Assembly (NCBI GenBank): GCA_016748015.1
Contig: JAAOMT010000040.1
Location: 1 to 64,000 of the forward strand
Length of the DNA: 64,000 nucleotides
Reading direction: 5' to 3'
Source: Geosiphon pyriformis uo1
Lineage: Eukaryota > Fungi > Glomeromycota
The translations under genes and the position numbers were made by a program. The notes under the pieces are model-generated. The model had not been told where the DNA came from. It was given only the letters and a program-made list of their open reading frames with translations, and did no database searches. This document shows, in pieces, positions 27,042 to 48,265 of this stretch; position 1 is the first letter of the stretch, and every line of letters begins with the position of its first letter.

Positions 27042-29160
27042 AATATTATTATTAAAAAACAAAAAAAACAAAATAATTTAGTTTTTATTTAATTAATTTA
27101 ATTTTAAAATCAAGTAATTTAATAAATTAATTAATTAAAAAAATATGTAAAAATACATTTTGTTTTACTTTAAAATTAATAAAAATTGACCAAAAATAGA
27201 TATATTAAAAAATATAATCAAAATTTAATTTAAATTAAAATTAACTAATGTGTTTTTATTATTGTTGTTTAAAATAAAATATTTATAGTCATAATAAAAC
27301 TAAATACTATAATTAATATAAATAATACAAAATTAACAAAAAAACCAAAAAACAAAAGAAATCAAAACTTTATTTTTTATAAAAAACTGGGTTTAAAAAA
27401 CTAAAACTAATATTAAAAATACCAAAATTTTTTTTTTAACATTTTAAAAGAGTTATTATTAAACATAACAAAAATTAGAAAAGATTGTTTTTTGGCTGTT
27501 TTGGTTTTTTTGGTCATTTAAGTAGCAATAAAATAAAAAATAAAAAATAATAATTTAGTTATTAGCTTTTTATTAAACACTTTAAAATTTTTAAAGAAAA
27601 CAAAAACCATATCAGAATTATTTTAGATATACTTTTAATCAAAATAAAAAATGTTTTTATTAACAAAAAATTATTTTATCCAAAAAAATACATCTACAAA
27701 ATATTATTAAGTAGTTTTTACAATTGTAAATACTTATTATTAAAAATACCATTAATTGCTTTAAATAATAAAAATACAAAAGAAAAAAAGTTTATTATTA
27801 TTATTATTATTATTAATACAAAAATATTTTTTTTTAATCTTTAAATAAAATTTTTGATTTTATATATATATATATGTATCTATAATATTTAATTTGAAAT
27901 TTTAAAATTTTATTAAATAAATTATTTTAAAAAGTTCAATTAATTATATTTGTAAAATTTAAGATATGAATTGGATTATGTTAAAAAATTCACAAATGTA
28001 TATAAAATTCAAAATAAATCAACTTTTAAATAATTTTTATAATTAATACATCAAAATTGTAACATCTAAATTATATAACTTATATTTAAATATTTTCTTA
28101 TGTAAAGAAAACTTTTAATTACTTTTACACTCTGATTAATAACTAAAAAAATTAATAAACAGACTATAAAAAAGATACTAATGTGAAATCAGGCAATTTC
28201 TTGATAAATTATTAATTATTAAGCGAGGATAAAGAATTAGACAAAAGTAGCTATAAAACGTAGATGATCAAATAATGGTTTACATGGAAAAATGTTGGGA
28301 TCAGAACCAGAAATGTAAATGGCACCCGAGAAATCTTCGGAAGAGGTCTTTTTTTCCTTGAAAAAGATTTCCCAAGCTGGTCTTGATGAGAGCTTTGGTC
28401 GATGGGGTTGCATAAAATGCATGGAGTAAAGACTAGCGTTGACTGGATCCCATCCGGATTCGCGAACTGGTCAAGCACTTTCCGTGATCGCTACTCATGC
28501 ATGACAAAGGTCGAATCGATATCGATTATTAATCTTCCTTTGTGTTCTCAATATCTAAATTGGAAAATAGAAGGAAAGTGAGTCGTGAGAAAAAGAAATG
28601 GGAAGCATAAATGTGGGTGAAAAAAATATCAAAGAATAATTCTGGCAATACTTTTAGTGTGTGTGTGTGTATCTATATTTACCCATGTTAGATGATTCTA
28701 GTGTTTACTTTTTACCGCGGTAACTCTTGTCCTCCTAACTCTAAATGACTTTCCGCCTCTCCCCCTAAACTGAATTATTATTTTTGCTAATTGGGTCAAA
28801 AAAAGTTTGCTGTAACAAGTGATAGTGACTAGCCGTAGTTATATTGTGGCAATTATTATAAATAAGATTAAAGCAATACTAATACTATTATGTAGTAATA
28901 AGAATGTATAATTTGAGAGCAGGTAAAAAATCCAGAGGTAATAAGATTGAAAGGTTTTAACGTGAACAACCTTTATTTATTAAAGCCCATAACCCAAATA
29001 AATGGTCGCTTTTTTTTTTGAAAAAAGTTCGATTGTTCAATTCATCCTGAATCAACATTTTTAAACTGAATATCCTCTTCCCACCCTCAAAATTTTTAAA
29101 TGGGCGGGGGCGGAAATCCGTGCCTTAACCCGTTCAAGATTTTCACTCACCCGGTGAATA

Positions 29161-35712
<6,552 letters not shown>

Positions 35713-36539
35713 AGTTTCTTTTTCTTCTTGTTTATCAGTAGAAAGAATAGTAGTAATACTGGTAAAGGGAATAGCGATGGTGATAGAATTATTAGTAGTA
35801 ATAGTGGGAATGGAAGGAGTTGATTTAGATATAGTTTTTGATGTATCTGTTCCAAGATCTGTATTTATAGGCTCGAAATTGTTTTTATTAAATCGATTAC
35901 TAATATTGTACAGGTTTCTCTTTGAGAATAATACTTTTTTTATATTGTCTTTCCTATTAGATTTGATAACCGTATGCAAAAATGTAATGATAATGAGTCA
36001 GTGATAAAGATTAAAAAAGAGATGGTTTCAAATATTTCTTGAAGCAATTGAAAAAATTCTGGTTTCCAAACCACACACACACAAAAACACATTCACATTC
36101 ACGAAGAGAGATATCTTCCTAAAAAGCACCCACAAAATAAACTGACAGGTGCAAAAGGCGTACATAACACGGTAGCAAGAAGACAAGAAAAATTGATAAA
36201 ATACCAGCGAGAAAGCTTTGACTTTGATTGATTTTTCTGTTTGTGTTGTTGCTGGTGTGACAGTGGTGGTTTTTTATTATTGATAATAGTTTTGGTAATT
36301 GAGGTAGATACTAGAGTGGTACTGTGGTTCGTTTCTTCCCGTTCTTCCACTAGAGTGTCCAGTTTCGACTATTTTCTGGAGGGTAGTAATAGGTTTGGTG
36401 TTTTTGTCAAAAGTATATCAAAATAGGGAAAGAATTTGAGTAAGAGAGGCGAAGGAGAAAGGGAGTGGATAAAGAGCTTCTTTTGGGAATATCGAGAAAT
36501 TTAGATATCGGAGGTATTTTACATAAGAACTCTTTGTAT

Positions 36540-36755
36540 TGCTCTTTGTATTGCTTTTGCTTTTGCTTTTGCTTTTGCTCCCTCCCTCTCCGTCTCTTTT
36601 CCCTTCAACAACAACAACAACTGGTGGAGAGAAAAGCAAAAAGGGAAACTTTTGGTGTTATAAAAAAATTTTTTTTTGTGGTAATATTCAGTATCTCGCG
36701 TGCGCTTTGCCTTGATATCTCTTTTTTGTATAATTAATAATATTTCTTGAGGTTT

Positions 36756-36786
<31 letters not shown>

Positions 36787-37123
36787 CAAATAGTTTGCAA
36801 TCGCGAAATAACTAGTAAAGACGAAAAATGAGGTATAGAAAAAAAAATACGAGCACACACCTATATATAAAACCGCTTTTGATAACCTAAGTTTTTTCTT
36901 AAAAAGAAAAAAAGGATACGAGGATGGTTTATGGGAGGGTGGTTTATGATAATATTTGCTTTTTTCTTTCTTTCTTTCTTTCTTTCTTTCTTTCGATTCT
37001 TTTTTACTTTATTTCACTTTCAACTTTACTCGCGAACGACAGTTATTTTTACAAGTATAAAATTCAAAAGTTACGAAAGGAAGTAGGAGTAGTAATAGTA
37101 GTAGTAATAGTAGTAGTGGTAGT

Positions 37124-37171
<48 letters not shown>

Positions 37172-37988
37172 GAAATATGGTGTCAGTTCTGTTTTGGTTA
37201 ACCAAAGGTCAGAAGTTTTTTGCTGACCTATTTAGCAGCAAGTCAAGAGTACCTTGTAATTTTTAGCCCAAAGAATAGCAATATAAAAAAAATCCAGTCA
37301 AAAATTACTCGAGGGAAGACAGTATAAAATGTTTCCAATTTAAACTATTTGGGGGTATTTAGAACGATGCAATAGATTAAATTTATTTGTATTTATTTAT
37401 ATATTATAATAATATATCAAATGATGATGATGATGATGATGATGATGTAAATCTTTTTTTATTTTTTTTTCGAAAATCTTTTTTTTTTTTTTTTTTTCAA
37501 AAAAAAAAAAAAATTTTAAANNNNNNNNNNNNNNNNNNNNNNNNNNNNNNNNNNNNNNNNNNNNNNNNNNNNNNNNNNNNNNNNNNNNNNNNNNNNNNNN
37601 NNNNNNNNNNNNNNNNNNNNNNNNNNNNNNNNNNNNNNNNNNNNNNNNNNNNNNNNNNNNNNNNNNNNNNNNNNNNNNNNNNNNNNNNNNNNNNNNNNNN
37701 NNNAACTTCATATATATATATATATATATGAAGATAGGTATCATGTTTAAAAAAAAATACCCAGAGAACTTGGAGAGCTGATACCAAAATACACACACAC
37801 ACATACATGGCACAATTATTATGCCAGATGGTGATGATACATACTATATCATTGTGCATACAATATGAAGTAAAAGTAGGGATTTCCTTTTTAATGCTGC
37901 TGGAAAAAGAACCAAAAAAAGTATAGTTTTTGAGTAAAAGGGAATTAAAAAAAAAAGGGGATATAATTTTACTCTTTTACACATATAA

Positions 37989-38028
<40 letters not shown>

Positions 38029-38395
38029 TAAAATAAATAATTTCCTTTTTTCAGCACACACATTCACATTCATTCGATAATATTAAATTTCACCACCTTT
38101 TTAATAATGGAAATAATAAAAAGATAAAAAATTTTTTTTAAAAACGAAAATAACACAAGGAGGCGTTATGATATCATCGTAACCCATTTAATCATATTAA
38201 AAAGATTTAAATTATTCAGGTTCAATTAAGCCTGCTGCCGATGTCTGCTTCTCAAGTTATAAATAAATGAATAAAGTTAATTAATAAACGTCTTTTTTTC
38301 GAAATCTTTTGTTTTTAGAATTAAACAATTTTTATCTCAATAATAATAATAATAATAAAAAGCCCCCTGGTTTTTTTTTCGTTAAAATTAGATTC

Positions 38396-38451
<56 letters not shown>

Positions 38452-38801
38452 CTGTCTTTCTCTATCTCTGTCTCTTTTTAATTTTTAATGCGGCAAATGC
38501 AAATGGAAATGCAAAAAAAAAATTAATTTAAATATATAAAATAATATGTTTAACATAAATACTCATTTGTTAGTCTATCAAAAAATTTAAGAATAATGTT
38601 GTCATTTCTTTTTGAAATTCAAATATAAATAGATTTGTAAAAGCCTCGAGATACTTCTTTGGCGTCCGAATCGGAGACAAAAGTCGAGAAGAGATAGTCT
38701 GTAAGACGCAACACTAAAAGAATTTCAAAATTTATGACACATTAAATTTTACTCGACCACGGAAAGAAGTGGGATGGTTCATCATTTTAATTGGTAAAAA
38801 A

Positions 38802-38849
<48 letters not shown>

Positions 38850-39173
38850 TACCAACGAGCCCCAAGAAAATATGACCAAAAGCCACAATATTAATAATAT
38901 GATGGATGGTTCGATTTTTTTTTTTGATCTATATGTTAAAAATTTTCTTATCTGGGAAATATGCACCAGTTTTTCTTAACAAAAAAAACAACAGTAACAA
39001 CAATAACAATAACAATAACAACAACAACAGAAATAAAAAAAACCAAGCCAAATGGTTTGTGTCACATGTCGCTGTTGTCAGCCTTAAAAGTTTGGGTGAT
39101 AAAAAATTGGCTTTTGGTTAATTGTGTACAACAGGGTGTTCATCCCATTATACAAAAGAAAAAGCCCTAGTGA

Positions 39174-39210
<37 letters not shown>

Positions 39211-41507
39211 GTAAGGGAGGTTTCAATCAGAGATTAGCCTCTTTTAAAATAATGCAAAAATTCCCACTCAGTCATCGGCACAATCATCAAACATTATTAT
39301 GAATAGGAAAAGGTTAAACGAATTCAATTAATAATGGAACAAAAATATGCATGATGCGTGAGGCTTTTTTAAGCATGTATATCGATGGGGGTTTTTTAGA
39401 AACAAATTTTCTGGGAAATATCCGAATAAATGCCGAATGTAAAAAAACATATTTTCCCAATCTTCTCTCTATCTTTCTTGCTTGCTTTGCTTCGTAAAAT
39501 TAAAAATTATGTATATATCTTTAACGAGGAAAAATATATGGTCAATTAAAAGATCATTAGTAATAACCCCCAATGTAGAAATGTAATTCATCATTTGCCA
39601 TCTTTGTTTTTTTTATAAAAAAAAAATTATTAATAAGTTGGTAGAACAATGGTGAACTCAATCATTTTACCGGAAAAAAAAACGGCAAAAGCCAAAAAAG
39701 TTTAGCAAAGATTACCACGCATTCATTGTGCCAAATTTGGAATGTTGATATACGTAATTGTGGGTGACACGCATACAAAAAAATAAATCAAAAATTAGTT
39801 AGTTAATTTGGTATCTATATTTAATAATGGCAAATGAAAATTTTAAAATTGACGATTTTACCGAAATCAAATCATCCCTTACTTCTTTATTCTCTACACT
39901 TCTCTACTTCTCTACTTCTCTACACTTCTCTACACTTCTCTACACTTCTCTACTTCTCTACTTACTTACTTTCTTCTTCACAAATAATTGAGTTTTACAT
40001 TTTTTGTTCTACCCTCTCTAACCCTCAAACTGCTTTTACGTGACATCATGTGAATTAAAAAAAAAGTCATGATTGACCATCATGAGATTTGAAACTTTTT
40101 ACAAAAAAATACCTCAAACACTGCCTGCTTTTCATTTTTATGCTGCTTTCTCCTGTTTCTTTGAAAGTTTTGCTCGTTCCAAACTTGTTGTTATTGTTGT
40201 TTAACGTAAAATTATGATGCGGGTTAAGATTGCTTGATTAATGTACAGCCGCTTTTTTTTTGTCCTTCCTTCCTTCTAACTTGCATCTTGTAAAACGATA
40301 CCAGCATTTTTTTTTTGTGTGGCACGTTTACATTTGTCTTTATCGGAATCTCCTTGAATCGTTCATTGCCGCCGCCACCACCATCATCATCATCACTAAT
40401 CTAATTCTTGTGTAAGTGAGTTATAAAAAAACTAAAGATTTTGAGTAGCACTTTCTTTTCTTTTCTTTTCTTTTCTTTTCTTTCTTTCTTTCTTTCTTTC
40501 TTTCTTTTCTTTCTTTTCTTCTTTCTTTCTTTACCTTCTCAATTCATTCATCCTAATTCACTAAAACCCACTTTTCATCAAATCACTACTATACAGCGCT
40601 GACATTTTCGTACCCTTAAAAAAAAATTTATTTATATCCACTCGAATCACTATAATCATAATAATAATAATAATAATAATAATAATAGACGAATCCACGC
40701 GATAATATTAAAAATCACACACAATTTTAATAATAAAAAAGACAATAAATGATATCATTCATTGATAAAATACCTGACTCTTGTAGCACACGTCAAAAAA
40801 AAAGTTCCCGAGTTTACAAGATGCTAAAAAGATGATCAGAAATTTAAAAAAAAAAAAAGAAAAAGAAAAAAGAAAAGAAAAAGGGAATTAGATTGAAAAT
40901 CATTTTAAATTAGGAATTCCCTGGGAAGCCAATGACATGCTCAGGATTTTTTCAGTCATTATCATCCAAAAAAAGAAATCCCTGTTCATTTCTCCCCGTT
41001 TTAAGGATTTTTAAAATTTGTCACACATACTCGTTTCCAATAAATATTCATTCCACGATCGAATATTTCTCAAGTCCAAAATTTGGGTAAAAATGATGTG
41101 ATTTCACGTCTACTGTAAGACAAAAAAAGTTTTTTTGATTTTGATTTACATTTGGTGTTCCCCAATTTCAAAATAGGTTTTTACACAAATACTCCCTTTT
41201 GTACTAATTTACGTCATTGTTTGGATACTTTGAACCTGCGCATGATACAAAGATCGCCACTGACGTTACACCTTACATAATTATAGATTAGAATTATGAC
41301 GACGATGTTCCATGAATGAAGGAAGTTTTTTACAAATAGACAGATAGACATTTATAACACAAATAATAAAAAGATAAACAACAGATGCATGCGAGGTTTT
41401 TCCGATCACACACCATGTTTGGATTTTTTTAAATATGCGGATGATCATAAATGATATGATTGGGAAGTTTCTAAAATTAATTTGAAATCAGTCAACATCA
41501 TACATAC

Positions 41508-41541
<34 letters not shown>

Positions 41542-43230
41542 TACTGCGCCAGGTTAAGTACACATTTCCTCTTGAATTTTTTAACAAGACGTTCAGATCA
41601 AAAAATTTTGTTAAAATTTAGAACCAGTTAAAGTATATGAAGATATAGTAATAAAGAACCTTTTTTACATTTTAAAAATCTTAATTAATTAAATAGTATA
41701 AAAAAAAATCTGCTGATTGAATAGAGTTTTGTTTGAAAGATATGGAACGGATGAATCAATGAATGAACGGGTTGATTGATTGATTGATTGATTGATTGAT
41801 GGATGGATGGATGGATGGATGGATGGATGGATGAATGGGAAAGATATAAAAATAAATAAACATAATATAAAGTCTAATTTTATCAAATGGATCAATTATT
41901 AAACTGATAAATTTTTTATTTTTTCAATATTTATCTTTGAAAAGCCCCCACCCACCCACTCGCTCCCTCACTCATTCACTCATTCACTCATCCATTCATC
42001 CTTCCCTCCCCCCCTTCCCCAATAAAGCAATTTTAATAAATTAAATGCATGAATGAAATATTTGTTGTTTCATACGTTTAATGATGATAATGACGCAAGA
42101 TTAATGGCATTACGACATACTTGACACCCAATACCCAACCACGAACGGAATTTTTTTTTTATAATAAAAAATTAAAAATATCTTTGAACCTATATATCTG
42201 TAATGCAAATCTTTTTTTTTTTTTGAAAATTGAAAGCGAACAAACTCTAATTTGCAAAAAAGATTATGACATCATTTTATCTAATCATATGATATTAATA
42301 TATTATGATTTTCTTTGTTCTGTCATGTTCAAAGATTTTCAAAGAAAAAAGATTTCTAAAGTTGTTTTTTACATCATAAAAACTCGATATTTATGTAATT
42401 ATGTATGTATGTATGTATGTATGTATATATGTATGTATGTATGTATATATGTATGTATGTATGTATGTATGTGTGTATGTATGTATGTATTTATCTATGT
42501 ATGTATGTATGTATGTATGTATATATATTACTTCAATTGAAAAATCTTTTTTAACTTTTTCTTCAAAAGAAAAAGCATTTTATAGTGAAACGCTTGCGTC
42601 ATTGTAGAGAACCTCAAAAGGTTGACTAGCAAACAAATACGCAAATTTCATGCAATTTAGATTTCTGTTTACTTTGATTGATTGATAGAGTTCAGGGTTC
42701 ATTTTTTCTTTCTCAGACCAAACAAAAGACCAAATAAAACAAGACCAAACAAAATCAACCCACGAACTATTTAGGGGAAACTGAAGCCAAAGTTTCGGTA
42801 AATTTCGTCATATTAGAAAGACGCATCATTCAGAATTGAACTTTTTTAGTTTAGACTCGGTCTAACCGTCGTACAATATTTTGCGTCATTAATTTCTTGA
42901 TAAAAAAAACCCTTTGTAAATCGGGAATAAAGGAAATTTTACAACATTACATAATATTATTTCCATTTCTGTTTTTTACAATACAAATACCCAACTCTAA
43001 ATGGTTTTTTTCGTGTGTTTTTGATGTACATCACGTCCATCATTATTTAAATAATAAAAAAGAATTCAACCTGGTTTTTTGTATTTAAATTCCTTTCTGT
43101 CGCGATCGAAAAAGAATTATAAAGATTGAAAATTTTTTTGAAGAATGACAAGCAAAAAATGAGCGTTATGTGTGGAAGCTAAGGTTTTTAGTCTAGATTT
43201 TGATTAAATGACCAGTGTGTGTGTGTATGT

Positions 43231-43268
<38 letters not shown>

Positions 43269-43736
43269 AATACAATTTATAAAAAATGAAATTGAAATTG
43301 AAATTGAAATTGAAATTTGAAAAAGGAATAGCAAGAAATTAGAAATTTTCTAGGATATCGCGGGTTTCTAAGAAATCTGAATCAAAAAAAGTTTCATATT
43401 CAGCAAACAATCGAAGTGGAAGGCGTAAAAAAACTCTTAAAATCAAAGCATACAGTTATCATTACATTACATCACATTACATCATATATATCCTTATCCT
43501 GCTACCAAAATTACCCCCCAAACTTTGAATTACCGTGTTTACAGCTGCAAATTGAAAAGTAAAAGAAGAGCTCATACCTCAATGAATCGTTAAAAGACTA
43601 GTACAAAACCTGGTAACACGAATTTGATACCCGTTGTGAGTTCTAAATTGTTCCAAATCGTTCCATAAGTTTTTCATAGGTTTCATCTTTGTGTCTCATT
43701 TCTTTTTCCTGAAAAAGTGGAAAACAACAACGCGTC

Positions 43737-43787
<51 letters not shown>

Positions 43788-45190
43788 TTGATATCTCAAT
43801 TAAGAACCCAACTTCTTGACGCGTTTTCATCTGTATTTGTCAAAAATTTTGACTAAAGTCTATTAGTGTTTTTTGTTTTTCATCCCTTCTAGACCGAAGG
43901 AATTTCAACAAAGTTTTGTTTCAAATCGAGAATTTTAGCTCATGTCTCTCAAACTGATATACAAAAGCTTACCAAATGGCCCTGACTATCCAATAAATGA
44001 AATTTAGTTATTTAGCTAAATGTAATGTTTGGAAAAGATCAGGGATTTAAAATCAGTGTTAAACATATTTTTTTGTTGTTGACAGAATTATTAATTACAT
44101 CATCAAAAAATGAAAAATGATACCATTGTGCCCATCTTTTTTTCGTAGTATTTTTCTAAGGCTTAAGTGATCATCCATCAACTTAGGGAGGAAGAGGAGG
44201 GAGAGGAGACATCACGTACGTATTTCAATTTGTGATTTCTGCTCTCTCTCAAAATTAATTTTCATTTAAGAAAACTTCTGAAACTTTCTTTTACTTGCAA
44301 AGCAATACGTCATGGGATAGGATCAGAGATAATGAATAGATTTGATTGTCTCTACCCTGTGTAAATATCAAAGATTTTTGGATCGTGTGGATAAAACAAA
44401 TAATAATAATAATAATAAGTTATTTTTTTTGGATGAATGGGAAATTTGTTTATTAACCTTTTAGTCCAGTAAAAGTTTTAGTTTATTTTATTTTTCCCCA
44501 CGATCCTTGTAGCCCTGGTTTTCATTCACAAGGAAGGAAAGAAGAAGGAAGAAAGGAAGGAAGGAAGGTAGGAAGGAAGGAAGGAAGGAATGATTGATTG
44601 ATTGATTGAGAATAGGGGATAGGGAATTATGTTTTGAAAAAAAAAACAAAAAAATCTAATGATCAAAATAAAACTGTCTTATTATTTTCGAACCCATTTA
44701 TCAATTCAAAATATGAATACATCATTATAAATATTACATATTTTTTTTTATTCTATTAATTTTTCTTTTTATGGACTAAATTCTTTTTTTACGTATTTTT
44801 TTACGAAAATTAATTTTTTTAACTTATTTAAAAAAATATATATATAATTTTAACATTTTTTGGTGTATTTTGGTGTATTTTAATAAATATTAATTCAAAA
44901 AATTATATTATTATTATTATTATTATTATTATTGTTATTATTATATTTTATATCACATTTTTTGCAATTTTATCATGTTCTTGTTTTATTAATATTGATT
45001 TAATTCTAATATAAAAATCAAAAAAATCAATTTAATTTTTTATTATTTATTATTTATTTATGAATGATATATTACAATGATTTAAATTTTATTTATTTGT
45101 TTATTTGTTTATTTGTTTATATTATAATAAATCGGTTTTTTTTAAAGTTATGATTGTTTAATTAAATTTTTCAATTAAATTAAAATTAAA

Positions 45191-45225
<35 letters not shown>

Positions 45226-45411
45226 AATTATTAAAATTATTAAAATTATTAAAATTATTAAAATTATTATTATTATTATTAAAATTATTAAAATTAAAAT
45301 TATTATTATTATTATTTATTATTTATTATTTATTATTATTTAAATTTAAATTTAAATTTTCTGATTTAATTATAATTTTTTAAATGTTAATAAAAAAATC
45401 CAAGTATGAAA

Positions 45412-45480
<69 letters not shown>

Positions 45481-46167
45481 GTATTTTTTGTTTAAACTTG
45501 CCAAATATTACAATATGTATTCAAATCTAGAACTTGCCATTCAAATCTAAAACTTTCCCATTCAAATCTAAAACTTCAAGTTTAGAACTTGCCAAGTAGA
45601 AATCCTTTTCCCAAAATTGATCACACAGATATTAATCTCAAAGATTAGTTACTTTCGGTTCCGCACGGCATACATAAATGATTTATCCTTTCTTTTTATT
45701 AACAAAACTCAAATGTTGTAGCACAAGAAAAATTATCCTATTTTTATCATTAGCCAGAATTGGTGAAAAGAAATCAAAACCCCCCAAAAAAAAAATTTAC
45801 TCACGAGATAGCTTTTACTCCGATTGTCCGAATATTTTAATTAGAATGATTTTGAAATTTGTTTGGTCGCTAAAAACAAAGATTTGTGTCTCTTTCCAAA
45901 ATGGATAAAACCCTAACCCTAACGCCCAGCCATTGAAAAAATTCTGTCATTACACTACTTATTACACATTATTACACATTATCACACATTATTACATATT
46001 ATTTACATTCATTCTATTTACCCAAAAATAAAAAAATAATCCATCTAAAAAAGGTTTATCATACGATCTCTCATATGACGATGTTTTTTTTCATCAAGTT
46101 TCCCACAAGTTTTTCTTTAATTGTTAAGAAAGGGGGATGCTAGCGTGTTATGTTGTTGATGTTGATG

Positions 46168-46203
<36 letters not shown>

Positions 46204-46980
46204 GTTGTTGTTGTTGTTGTTGTTAATGATGATGATGATTATAATGATGATGATTATTATAATGATAATGATAGTGATTATGGTGTTTAAAAATTATTTA
46301 ATCATTAAAGAGTCTCAACATCAAAAACTGTTAATATACAGATTTCATCTTTTACATCGGCCTTAAAATCGTCATGCGTATTCAAACCACTTTTTTTTCA
46401 AAGATTTCTTTAAAAATAATTTCTTTTTTTTAAATCATTCCCCATATCTACTATTTTACACCATTTTTACTCGAAATCGGTTAAACACGTACTTAAAAAT
46501 AATTTTTTTTTTGATATCGTCCTATTAAATCTTTTTTTTTAAAAAAAAAATGTTATCCAATTTTTATTTTAATCCTATTTTTATAACAGAAATTAAACTT
46601 CCATTTAAAAATATATTTTAAATAAATAAATAAAATATATAACATAATTCATTATTAATACTTTAAAAAAAAATAATAATAATGAAATTTTACTTGTTTC
46701 ATTCGATAAGATATATATATATATATATATTCCTTTAAATCCATCGAAATTCTAAAAAATGAAATCATACCATTTTAAATAAAACTTTTTAAAACCAATA
46801 TAATTAAAGATTTTCCTTAAAAACTAAAATATAAAGTTTAAGATTTAAACTTGCTAGTAAGATTTCACTGTTAACCAATGATTAATATTGAATAAATGTT
46901 CTTATTCACAAAATTATTATTATTAATTTGTGAATAAGTTTATAACAACTTGGTTAAAATGAAATATTTTTAATAAAATG

Positions 46981-47032
<52 letters not shown>

Positions 47033-47035
47033 TCT
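36540..47035. repeat. Microsatellite-dense non-coding region: (TA)n, (AGT)n, (GAT)n, (AAGT)n, (CT)n, (AAT)n, (CA/GT)n, (GATT/GATG)n, (ATGT)n, (GGAA)n, (TTCTCTAC[AC])n
   Basis: Tracts read directly, e.g. 36759-36786, 37082-37170, 37990-38027, 38398-38438, 39890-39961, 41515-41540, 41772-41832, 42401-42528, 43738-43787, 45414-45480, 46982-47031. Confidence 0.9.
37521..37703. other. Assembly gap (183 N)
   Basis: Run of N flanked by homopolymer and (TA)n tracts. Confidence 0.99.
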
Positions 47036-48265
47036 TTTTCTTAAAATTAAATTACAATATTTTTTATATTTTTAACAATAATATAATTTAATAAATTTGC
47101 TAAATTATTGTATTTTTAAACTTAAAGTTTTAATATTATTATTAATTAACAAATATAGTTCAATTACTACTTATAATAATACAATTAAACAAAATTTTAA
47201 AATAAGTATGACTTATGCTCTTTCTATATATCATTAATTATTCAAACTAAACAAAATTACATAATGTTTTAAAATTGTGAATAATATAAATGCCATTATA
47301 AATTCCAAAAAACATTAATAACAAAAAAAAATCAACACTAAAATTAACTAAAATCTATTTTTTGAATGTTTTTATTTAAAACAAACTGCTAACATCAGAA
47401 AATACCATAATATTTAAAGACAACAAATTTTTGATTTTATAAAATCTTTTTAAAATAATATTAAAAACCCATATAGTTAACCAATAATGAACAGCAATAT
47501 TTTTTATCAAGTTAATAATCATAATAATTATATTTGATTTAATCTTACATAATTTAAAGACTTTTTATACCAATTTTTAAAACAAAATTTTTAACAACAA
47601 TTATATACAGCTGGTTTTCAAATCTTATCTTATTTTACAAATAAACAATCATAAAATTTTTAACTAATAAATTAGTAAAAACAAGTTAATTACTTAAAAC
47701 AATATTAATAATTTTATTATAAATAGCAAAATCTAAAGCACATACAAAAATATAATTAAAATTTTTTTAATAAATTACATTAGATATAAACAAAACTTAA
47801 ATACAAAATATTATATAGTTTTTTTAATACAGTTAACAAATACTTATATAATATTTTTATAAAATAAAAATAAAAAATAACAAAAACCAAATTAATTAAA
47901 TCAATATACAAATAATTATCTGAATACTAAATCTTAAATATTGTCAAAAAATTAATATTATATATTAATAATTTATTCACATATTTTTTAATATATCTGA
48001 TTTTTTATTTAGCATAATTTATCAAATTATATAAATTTTTTATAAAACATTAAGCATTTTTAAAAACAAAAATATTATTCATAATTAAATTTTTTTTTCT
48101 AATTTTATAAACAAAATACAGCAAAAACATAATAATTTATCAGCAATTATGTTTACAAAGTTATTAATTACAATTCCAAAATAGTTTTTTATTTTATTTT
48201 AATAAATTAACAAATTTTTTTTCTCAATATTTATTATAAAAATTTGGTTTATTATCAGTAAATAT

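Noticed and set aside
36924-45908. Short ORFs in the upstream region, including those spanning the N gap
   Set aside because: Products of microsatellites and homopolymers with no protein-like content.
45908-45923. AACCCTAACCCTAA telomere-like motif
   Set aside because: Only two units and internal; not a telomere array.
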